In this document: positions 16,062 through 23,087 of the stretch, in pieces
How the letters are laid out: the number at the start of each line of letters is the position of its first letter
How positions within the stretch are numbered: the stretch's first letter is position 1
DNA from: Vulcanimicrobiota bacterium
GTDB lineage: Bacteria > Vulcanimicrobiota > Vulcanimicrobiia > Vulcanimicrobiales > Vulcanimicrobiaceae
DNA length: 23,087 nt
Assembly (NCBI GenBank): GCA_003133025.1
Contig: PKZK01000223.1
Coordinates: forward strand, 1-23,087
Direction of reading: 5' to 3'
Program-made: the position numbers and the translations under genes
Notes under the pieces: model-generated
The model's input: only the letters and a program-made list of their open reading frames with translations
What the model was told of the DNA's origin: nothing
Databases searched by the model: none

Positions 16062-17339
16062 TTGTTCGAACAGACATCCGGCATAATCGAGCGGGACGAT
16101 TTCTGCTCACTTGCGCCGATCGGGTGGCTGCATCACAAGATGCAGGACTCGTTCTTCTTGGTGGTCGGCACGGGTTCGTGTCAGGGCTTCTTGCAGACCG
16201 CGCTCGGCGTGATGATCTTCGCGAAGCCCCGCTTCGCGACGGCCGTCCTCGGTGAGGACGATCTCAGCGGCGCCGACCCGCTGACCGGTCTCCTGCCATT
16301 GGTCGAAACGATCGTCGCCGAACACGCCCCGAGCGCCATCTTCCTGGCCTCGACCTGCACGCCCGAGATCCTCAAGATGAACGTTTCGGGCTGCGCCGCG
16401 CCGCTGGAAGCGCGTTACGGCGTGCGGGTCTACCCGTGCCGCCTCGACGGCTTCGACTCGGCCTACACGATCGGCGAAGATCACGTGCTGCAGTCGATGC
16501 TCGAACGTTCGCCGCAGACCGATGAGAAGAACCTGGTCGTCCTGGGTTGCCTCTCGGCGCTCGAAGAGTCCGAGATCCGCGTCGAATGCGCCGCGATGGG
16601 CTTGCCCGTTCCGCGTTTTTTGCCCGCGGAGAGCGCGCTCGATCTGCCGCCCGTGGGTCCGAACACGGTGCTGGCGCCGGTCCATCCGTTTCTCTTCCAG
16701 AGCTGCGCGTGGGCGCAGCGCGAGCGCGAGACGCCGATGTTTCGCTCACTCTTCCCCTACGGTCCGGACGGATCGCGAAATTTCTACGAAACCCTGGCGG
16801 CCGCGTTCGGCAAGACCGTCTCGTACGAAGCGCGCGAGCGCGAGACGTGGGCGGCGGTGGAACGCGAGGTGGCCGACCTGCGCGGCCGCTCGATCGCCTT
16901 CGCCTCCGACGCACTGGTGGAGTTGCCCCTGGCCCGGACGTTGCGCGCGGCCGGCGCGCGCGTCGACTTCATCAGCACGCCGCAGATCTACAAAAAATTC
17001 CACGCCGCCGAGACCGCGGCTCTGACGGGCGTCGAAATCGTGGAACGGGCCGACCGCTTCCAAACCTTCGCCCGGCTCTCCGAACTCAAACCCGACCTGG
17101 TCGTAGCCAACCTCAACATCGCCAACGCCCTGGAGGGCATGGGCTTCACCGTGAAATGGTCGACCGAGTTGACCTTCCAACCGGTACACGGCTTCAGCAG
17201 CGCGGGCTCGCTCTTCGGGCTGTTCACCTCGACGCTGCGCCGGCACGACGCGCTGGCCAAACGCCGTCTCGAGGACGCCGTGCCGGCCAAGCCGATCGAT
17301 CTCGATTTCTTCCGGGTCGGCGCGAAGGCGCGCGCATGA
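16062..17339 (+). CDS. bchN: Dark-operative protochlorophyllide reductase subunit N
   Basis: FCSLAPIGWLHHKMQDSFFLVVGTGSC, LGVMIFAKPRF, STCTPEILK, FPYGPDGS, KWSTELTFQPVHGF; three cluster cysteines (C15, C40, C99). TTG start forced by an in-frame TAG at 16056-16058. Confidence 0.92.
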   Translation: MFEQTSGIIERDDFCSLAPIGWLHHKMQDSFFLVVGTGSCQGFLQTALGVMIFAKPRFATAVLGEDDLSGADPLTGLLPLVETIVAEHAPSAIFLASTCTPEILKMNVSGCAAPLEARYGVRVYPCRLDGFDSAYTIGEDHVLQSMLERSPQTDEKNLVVLGCLSALEESEIRVECAAMGLPVPRFLPAESALDLPPVGPNTVLAPVHPFLFQSCAWAQRERETPMFRSLFPYGPDGSRNFYETLAAAFGKTVSYEARERETWAAVEREVADLRGRSIAFASDALVELPLARTLRAAGARVDFISTPQIYKKFHAAETAALTGVEIVERADRFQTFARLSELKPDLVVANLNIANALEGMGFTVKWSTELTFQPVHGFSSAGSLFGLFTSTLRRHDALAKRRLEDAVPAKPIDLDFFRVGAKARA

Positions 17340-18868
17340 AGCTCGCGATCTGGTCCTATCAAGCTCCGGGACACGTCGGCGTTTCGAAGGCAGCCGCCTC
17401 GTTCTCGGGCATCCACTGCGTTTTGCGCGCGCCCAAGGGCGACGGTTACGGCACGATCATGCTGGCCATGTTCGAGCGTCTCGGCGTCGTGCCGCCGCTT
17501 TCGATTTCGGCGCTCTCCGAAGCCACGCTCGCCGGCGCCGCCGCAGATTTGCCCATCTTACTGCGCGACGTCGACGCCCGCCACAACCCCGAAATGATCG
17601 TGGTGACGCGCAGCGCGACGGCGAGCGTGCTGCAAGAGCCGCTCGACGGCGAGATCGCCATGATGGCGCCGGGCAGCATCAAAGCCGAAATTTTTCAGGC
17701 GTCGGCGCACCCGGTGCGCGACGACGAGACCAGCGCCTTCGCCCTGACCACCAAAGAGCTCGTGGCGCACTTCGCGCAGGACGTACCGCGCAGCGACGGG
17801 CCCTCGGTCAACATCATCGGCCCCTCGCTGCTGGGCTTCCACGACCGCTCCAACGTCGAGTCGTTGCGCCGCGCGCTCGACGCCCTGGGCGTTGAGGTCA
17901 ACGTCGTGTTGCCGCTGGGCGCCTCGCCCGACGACCTGCGCCGCATCGGCCGGGCTTGGGTGAACATCGGCACCGCGCGCGAACTGGCGCAGCCCACGCT
18001 CGAATTCCTCGAGGGCCGTTTCGGCACGCCCTGGGTGCGCGAACTTCCTTACGGTGAGGCCGGCACGACGCGCTTCCTGCGCGAGCTGTGCGCGCTGTGC
18101 GAGATTCCCGCCGACCGCATCAAGGCCGCATCGAAGGACGCCAACCTGCTCTGGTACGCGCGCACCGTCGACGCGCACGCGCTCTCTGCGAAGCGCGTCG
18201 GGGTGTTCGGCACGCCGACGACGGCCGCCGGCATCGCGCGGACGCTGCGCGAGGAGCTGGACATGCGCGTCGAGTTCGTCGGCACGTACGTCACGGCGTG
18301 GGGACCCTGGTTGCGCGAGCGCGTCGCCGACATCACCGACGACGTGCTGATCACCGACGACTACCGCGAGGTCGCGCGCGCCATCGACCGTACCCGGCCC
18401 GACATCATGTTCGGCTCGCAGATGGAGCGGCACTCGGCGAGCGCACTCGGCGTGCCGTGCGCGGTGGTCTCGCCGCCGGCGCACATCTTGAACTTTCCGC
18501 TCGGCTATGCGCCCTTCATCGGCTACGACGGCGCCAACCACATCGGCGACCTGGTCAACACGACGCAAGTGCTCGGCCTGGAACACCACCTGATCGAAAC
18601 CTTCGGGCCGCGCAATCAAGGCCGCTTCGCCGACGCCGCGCCGGAACAGAGCGAAGTGCCGTCGCCGGCCGGAACGGCCGCAGCGTCCGCGGCCGTCGAC
18701 GACGGCGCTCCGCAGTGGGATGCGGCGGCCGAACGCTTGATGCAGCGCGTGCCGTTCTTCGTGCGCAAGAAAGCCCGCAACAACATCGAGAAGTACGCGC
18801 GCGAACGCAACATCGCGGTGATCGACGAGGCGGTCGTGGTCCGCGCCCGCGAGCACGTCGGCGGATGA
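17336..18868 (+). CDS. bchB: Dark-operative protochlorophyllide reductase subunit B (510 aa, divergent)
   Basis: MKLAIWSYQAPGHVG, APKGD (Asp36), SVNIIGPSLLGFH, WYARTVD, FGSQMERH, PFIGYDGAN, LGLEHHL and a C-terminal PCP_red domain (VPFFVRKKARNNIEKYA); ATGA overlap with bchN. Confidence 0.92.
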   Translation: MKLAIWSYQAPGHVGVSKAAASFSGIHCVLRAPKGDGYGTIMLAMFERLGVVPPLSISALSEATLAGAAADLPILLRDVDARHNPEMIVVTRSATASVLQEPLDGEIAMMAPGSIKAEIFQASAHPVRDDETSAFALTTKELVAHFAQDVPRSDGPSVNIIGPSLLGFHDRSNVESLRRALDALGVEVNVVLPLGASPDDLRRIGRAWVNIGTARELAQPTLEFLEGRFGTPWVRELPYGEAGTTRFLRELCALCEIPADRIKAASKDANLLWYARTVDAHALSAKRVGVFGTPTTAAGIARTLREELDMRVEFVGTYVTAWGPWLRERVADITDDVLITDDYREVARAIDRTRPDIMFGSQMERHSASALGVPCAVVSPPAHILNFPLGYAPFIGYDGANHIGDLVNTTQVLGLEHHLIETFGPRNQGRFADAAPEQSEVPSPAGTAAASAAVDDGAPQWDAAAERLMQRVPFFVRKKARNNIEKYARERNIAVIDEAVVVRAREHVGG

Positions 18869-19857
18869 GCCTGCCGCAAAAGGCGCCGCAGCGCTCGACG
18901 CTCGAAGATTCCGCACGGGCCACGGTACAAACCGTGGGCAGCTTCGGCGCGATGATGCTGCCCTTCGCCGACCGCGATGCCGGCGCGGCGCAGATCAATT
19001 CGTCGCTGCGCACCTTCGCCAAGCCGGGAACGTGGTTCGCTCCGATGTGGGCGATTCTCGTCGGCGCGGTCGCCGGCGGCGCCGAGTGGAACCTGCCCTC
19101 GGTCGGCAAGATTCTGCTCGGCATGGTGCTGGCCGGTCCGCTGCTCTGCGCCTTCTCGCAGGTGCTCAACGATTGGTTCGATCGCGACGTCGACAGCATC
19201 AACGAACCGAACCGTCCGACCGTGTTGGGCAAGCTCGGGGCCCTCACGGTTTTTTGGACGGCCATCGGTCTGGCCGCCGCCGCGATCGCGGTTGCGACGA
19301 TCTTGGGCCGGCTCGTCCTCGCGTGCACCTTTGCCGGACTCGCCCTGGCATACATGTATTCCGTTCCGCCGTTCCGGCTCAAGGCGCACAACGGCTGGCT
19401 GGCCAACGGCGCGTGTGCGTTCGCCTACGAAGGTTTTGCCTGGATCGCCGGCGCCGCGATCTTCCATCACGTCACCTACGGCACGGTGGTGCTCGCCTCG
19501 CTCTACTCGCTGGGCTCGCACGGGCTCATGACGCTCAACGACTTCAAGAGCTACGCCGGCGACAAACTGCTGGGCTTCAAATCGTTGCCGGTCATGCTCG
19601 GGCTCGACGGCGCGCTCACGACGGCCTTCATCTTCATCGACGTCTTCCAGGGTCTGGCCATCGCCTACGTCGTGCTCCATCGAATGTTCCTCGCGGCCGC
19701 GGTCATGGCCGTCCTCTTCCTCATCCAGTTGCCCATGCAGCGCAAGCTCTCAACCGATCCGGCCGGTCTCGCTCCGTGGTATTGCGCGAGCGCCATCCCG
19801 CCGTTCGTCTGGGGCATGCTCGTTGCGGCATTGGCCATTCGCTCCGGAGGTTTTTAG
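18865..19857 (+). CDS. bchG: Bacteriochlorophyll a synthase (UbiA family, BchG/ChlG)
   Basis: KPGTWFAPMW, NDWFDRDVDSINEPNRP, YSVPPFRLK, YEGFAW, HGLMTLNDFKS, GFKSLPV; ATGA overlap with bchB. Confidence 0.92.
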   Translation: MSLPQKAPQRSTLEDSARATVQTVGSFGAMMLPFADRDAGAAQINSSLRTFAKPGTWFAPMWAILVGAVAGGAEWNLPSVGKILLGMVLAGPLLCAFSQVLNDWFDRDVDSINEPNRPTVLGKLGALTVFWTAIGLAAAAIAVATILGRLVLACTFAGLALAYMYSVPPFRLKAHNGWLANGACAFAYEGFAWIAGAAIFHHVTYGTVVLASLYSLGSHGLMTLNDFKSYAGDKLLGFKSLPVMLGLDGALTTAFIFIDVFQGLAIAYVVLHRMFLAAAVMAVLFLIQLPMQRKLSTDPAGLAPWYCASAIPPFVWGMLVAALAIRSGGF

Positions 19858-19861
19858 TCGC

Positions 19862-21163
19862 ATGAAAGTCATCGTCGTCGGTGCAAACATCGGAGGCAGC
19901 ATCGCTGCGGGAGATCTGGCGGCCAGCGGAGCGGACGTGCTTCTGGTCGAGCGCGATCTCAAACGCAAGAAACCGTGCGGCGGCGCGATTCCGCCGCGCG
20001 CGGTCAGCGAGTTCGGCGTGCCGAGCGAGATCATCGAACGCAAGGTCAGGCAAGCCGTGGTCTACGGGCCGAGCGAGAGTTGCGTGGAGATGGACGTGCG
20101 CGGCACGCGTCCGCGCGCGGAAGATTACATCATCATGGTCACGCGCGAAGTGCTCGACCGCACGATGCGCGAGAAGGCCACGCAGGCCGGTGCCGAGTTG
20201 CGCGAAGCGAGCTTCGTATCGCACGAAGAGACCGCCGACGGCGTGCGCGTGACGCTGCGCTACCGCGGGGGCCGCGAAGAGACGATCTCCGCCGACTACG
20301 TGATCGGCGCCGACGGCGCCGGATCGGCCGTGGCGCGTTCGTGCGGCCGGCCGGCAGCGCGCCACGCCTCGGCGATTCAAGAGCGGCTCTATCTGCCCGA
20401 CGACGCGATGGAGTTCTATTCGACCCGCGCCGAGCTGTATCTGGGCGACGACATCTCGCCCGACTTCTACGGCTGGGTCTTTCCCAAGAGCGATCACGTT
20501 GCGGTCGGAACCGGCTGCCGGCCCGAACACGCCAACCGTTCGTACGCGTTTCTCGAGGGCGTCAAGGCGCGCGCCGGCGACAAGTTGCGCGGCTCGCGAC
20601 GGCTGCTGCTCGAAGGCCACCCGCTGCCGATGCAACGCTACAAGAAGTTCGTCTACGGCCGCACCATGCTCGTCGGCGACGCAGCCGGGCTCGTGGCGCA
20701 CACGTCCGGCGAAGGCATCTATTTCTCGATGGCCTCGGGCCGCATGGCCGCCCAGACGCTGATGGCGCACGTCGGCGACCCGCGCATGGCCCTCACCCGC
20801 TACGAGAAGACGTGGCAGCGGAAGTACGGCTCGATGTTCGACTTCCTCGAAGTGCTCGAGAAATGGTCGTACACGAGCAACAAGAAGCGGGAATTCTTCG
20901 TCGACATGTGCGCCACCAAAACGGTTCAGGAGTTGACCTTCGACAGCTATCTCTTCAAGGAGATGGCCAAGGTCCAGCCGGCGCAGCACGCATCGATGGT
21001 CATCAACGGCGTCAAGGCCGCGCTGAGCAACTGGATGCACCCGAAGTCGCCGGTAGCCGATCGGCCGCCGCAGATCACGGCCAAGGAAGCGTTGGTCCTG
21101 ACCAAGCGCGCCGTAAGCGACGGGGTCGGCGTCGAAGATCACCACTACGCGAACGCGGGCTGA
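19862..21163 (+). CDS. bchP: Geranylgeranyl reductase (433 aa)
   Basis: KPCGGAIP, REVLD, IGADGA, SPDFYGWVFPKSDH, GDAAG...SGEGIYF, FVDMC...VQELTFDSYL; ATG 4 nt after the bchG stop. Confidence 0.93.
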   Translation: MKVIVVGANIGGSIAAGDLAASGADVLLVERDLKRKKPCGGAIPPRAVSEFGVPSEIIERKVRQAVVYGPSESCVEMDVRGTRPRAEDYIIMVTREVLDRTMREKATQAGAELREASFVSHEETADGVRVTLRYRGGREETISADYVIGADGAGSAVARSCGRPAARHASAIQERLYLPDDAMEFYSTRAELYLGDDISPDFYGWVFPKSDHVAVGTGCRPEHANRSYAFLEGVKARAGDKLRGSRRLLLEGHPLPMQRYKKFVYGRTMLVGDAAGLVAHTSGEGIYFSMASGRMAAQTLMAHVGDPRMALTRYEKTWQRKYGSMFDFLEVLEKWSYTSNKKREFFVDMCATKTVQELTFDSYLFKEMAKVQPAQHASMVINGVKAALSNWMHPKSPVADRPPQITAKEALVLTKRAVSDGVGVEDHHYANAG

Positions 21164-21167
21164 GCCG

Positions 21168-21305
21168 ATGCCGATCCGCATTGCTTCGGGCTTTGCCGGC
21201 GTTGCGTTGGCCGTCATCCTGATCTCTGCGGCGTTGCGCGTGATCCGGCGCATAGAAGAGGCCGCGGCGGCGGCCGGCATCAGCGAGGGTGCCCGCGCCG
21301 CGTAG
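21168..21305 (+). CDS. Putative 45-aa single-pass membrane protein
   Basis: Manual translation MPIRIASGFAGVALAVILISAALRVIRRIEEAAAAAGISEGARAA; ATG 4 nt after the bchP stop; hydrophobic segment followed by R-x-x-RR. Confidence 0.5.
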   Translation: MPIRIASGFAGVALAVILISAALRVIRRIEEAAAAAGISEGARAA

Positions 21306-21348
21306 CGGCGTCAGGAGGCCGATCCACGGGCGAGGCCAAGGAGGCCGG

Positions 21349-22710
21349 ATGGTCGCCGCCCGTTACCCGTGCGCGTTCCTGGCCGCGAGCCTGCTCTGCG
21401 CGCCGGTAGCCGCGCGCTCCGCCGGCGACGCTCCGCCGCGCGAACCCCGGGATCCGCAGATCGTGGCGGCGCTGACCCAGGTATCAGCCGGACGAATGCG
21501 TGCCGACGACGCCCGTTTGGTCGGCTTCGGCACGCGCAACACGTTCTCGGAGACGCTCGCAACCCCGGGGCGCGGCGTGTACGCCGCGCGGGATTGGCTG
21601 GCCTCACGCTTCCGCGGAATCGGCGCCTCGTCGGGCGGCCGGTTGACTGTCGCCTTCGACAGCTACCGGCAAGCCCAGACCGAGCGCACCCCACGCGAGG
21701 TCGAGGTGTCCAGCGTCATCGCCACGCTGCCCGGCGACGACCCCACGCGCGGGACCGTGGTCATGTCGAGCCACTACGATTCGCGCAACACCGACGTCAA
21801 CGATGCGCTCCTCGACGCGCCGGGAGCCGACGACAACGGCTCGGGCACGGCCGCGGTCCTGGAGGCCGCCCGGGTACTGGCTCCCCTCCACTTCAAGGCC
21901 ACGCTCGTCTTCGCGTGCTTCGACGGCGAGGAGCAAGGTCTGTGGGGTTCGGGGCACTATGCTCATGGGCAGGCCACGGCCGGATCCGCGGTCGAGGCCG
22001 ACCTCAACAACGACATCATCGGGGCCTCGCGCGGGCACGACGGCGTCTCGGCACCGTTCGAGGTGCGACTCTTCAGCGAAGCCCTCGCCCACGACGCAAC
22101 GAGCCCCGCCCGCGTCGACGCGCTCGGTAACGAGAACGACTCGCAGGCGCGGGAGCTGGCCCGCGCGGTGGCTGCGATCGACGCAGCCTACGTACCCGCC
22201 ATGCACGTAAGGCTGATCTGGCGAGCCGACCGTTTCTTGCGCGGCGGCGATCAGGAATCGTTCAGTGCCGAAGGATTTCCGGCGGTGAGGTTCGTCGAGC
22301 GGCACGAAAACTTCGACCACCAACACCAAATCGTCCGGACCGAAAAGGGAATTCGCTACGGCGACCTCCTCGAGTTCATGGATTTCGATTACCTGGCCCG
22401 GGTCGCGCGCTTGAACGTCGCTGCCATGGCCACGCTGGCGCGTGCGCCCCGGGCGCCCCAGGCGTTTCTGGTAAACAAAGCTCTGGGGTACGCCACGACG
22501 CTGCGCTGGAACCCGGTCGAGGGCGCGGCGTCCTATGAGGTAGTCTGGCGCGCGACCACGGACGCGGTCTGGACTCACGCTCGAAATGCCGGAAATGTCG
22601 AGTCCATCACATTGCAGGGCCTCTCCAAGGACGACTACATATTCGGCGTGCGAGCGCTCGACTCGTACGGGCGAGCCGGCGCTGCGAGCTATCCCAATCC
22701 GGTTACGTGA
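21349..22710 (+). CDS. M28 family metallopeptidase with C-terminal FN3-like domain
   Basis: GGAGG SD, signal peptide, SHYDS, PGADDNGSG, GEEQGLWGS, LNND, RGGDQ. Confidence 0.9.
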   Translation: MVAARYPCAFLAASLLCAPVAARSAGDAPPREPRDPQIVAALTQVSAGRMRADDARLVGFGTRNTFSETLATPGRGVYAARDWLASRFRGIGASSGGRLTVAFDSYRQAQTERTPREVEVSSVIATLPGDDPTRGTVVMSSHYDSRNTDVNDALLDAPGADDNGSGTAAVLEAARVLAPLHFKATLVFACFDGEEQGLWGSGHYAHGQATAGSAVEADLNNDIIGASRGHDGVSAPFEVRLFSEALAHDATSPARVDALGNENDSQARELARAVAAIDAAYVPAMHVRLIWRADRFLRGGDQESFSAEGFPAVRFVERHENFDHQHQIVRTEKGIRYGDLLEFMDFDYLARVARLNVAAMATLARAPRAPQAFLVNKALGYATTLRWNPVEGAASYEVVWRATTDAVWTHARNAGNVESITLQGLSKDDYIFGVRALDSYGRAGAASYPNPVT

Positions 22711-22764
22711 AACGAGCGGCGGCAGGTCGGCCCCATTTGCGGGCACAAGGTAGAGTACCGAATC

Positions 22765-23087
22765 ATGCACGATAGACATCGAAATAGCGGAATCGAGCGC
22801 GTTGCAATCTTCATCGACGGCTGGAACTTCGCCAAGGCAACATACGAAGGCTTAGGCATTCGCGTCGACTTCAAGCGACTGCTCACCACGCTGACGGGGG
22901 GTCGTACCCTTCTACGCGCTTTGTACTACATCGGCGAGTGGAATGAAGACAACTACGCGCTGCTGCAGGAACTCAAGCGCGGCAGACTGTTGGATAGCGC
23001 TTCGGTGCCGCCGGCGGATCCCGGGGAGAGCGAGCGCAAGCGCGCGCAGCAGCAAGGCTTCATCCGGATGCTCAACCGCAACGGCTA
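22765..23087 (+). CDS. NYN domain (LabA/DUF88, PIN-like) protein, truncated by the window edge
   Basis: Not in the ORF track. Manual translation MHDRHRNSGIERVAIFIDGWNFAKATYEGLGIRVDFKRLL...LLRALYY; IFIDGxN and R-x-x-YY motifs. Confidence 0.85.
   Translation, partial: MHDRHRNSGIERVAIFIDGWNFAKATYEGLGIRVDFKRLLTTLTGGRTLLRALYYIGEWNEDNYALLQELKRGRLLDSASVPPADPGESERKRAQQQGFIRMLNRNG

Noticed and set aside
15983..16255. Possible frameshifted bchN N-terminus from the upstream ORF 15983-16255
   Set aside because: The TTG-started frame already contains the first cluster Cys (C15) and is of normal length; the other frame shows no BchN similarity.
16062..18868. Alternative identity as nitrogenase NifDK/NifEN, CfbD or chlorophyllide reductase BchYZ
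   Set aside because: GVMIFAKPRF, QDSFFLVVG, MKLAIW..Y...HVG, QMERH and the PCP_red tail are BchN/BchB signatures.
1..23087. CRISPR arrays, tRNA/rRNA genes, IS elements, prophage or defence genes
   Set aside because: No spaced direct repeats, RNA-gene signatures, transposase, integrase or phage genes seen; the NYN gene alone does not support a defence call.

Overview
High-GC bacterial chromosomal window, densely coding, with about 24 CDS. I found no rRNA, tRNA, CRISPR array or mobile element. Left to right: (i) a pirin cut by the left edge; (ii) a translationally coupled minus-strand operon blaI - M56/BlaR1-type protease - secreted repeat protein - CBM9-like/DUF5916 envelope protein, where the protease and the secreted protein carry the same 29-aa repeat (6 copies each), with a sigma70 promoter and two palindromic operators; (iii) a divergent, probably leaderless operon of membrane protein, XRE regulator and alpha/beta hydrolase; (iv) alkA, a YCII + ECF42-type sigma pair, a lone ABC-2 permease, an S9 peptidase and a class A beta-lactamase-like serine hydrolase; (v) a GIY-YIG nuclease read in frame into a cyclophilin; (vi) an RsbW-like anti-sigma kinase behind a SigB/SigF-like promoter; (vii) a compact bacteriochlorophyll biosynthesis operon bchN-bchB-bchG-bchP plus a 45-aa membrane ORF, lacking bchL/bchH/bchF/pucC, with divergent BchB and BchP motifs and a class II CRP/FNR-like promoter; (viii) an M28 peptidase and an NYN-domain gene cut by the right edge. 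The host is probably a non-proteobacterial anoxygenic phototroph. Vulcanimicrobiota/Eremiobacterota is my best guess and is inference only. Family calls come from motif recognition and reference motifs recalled from memory; no searches were run.
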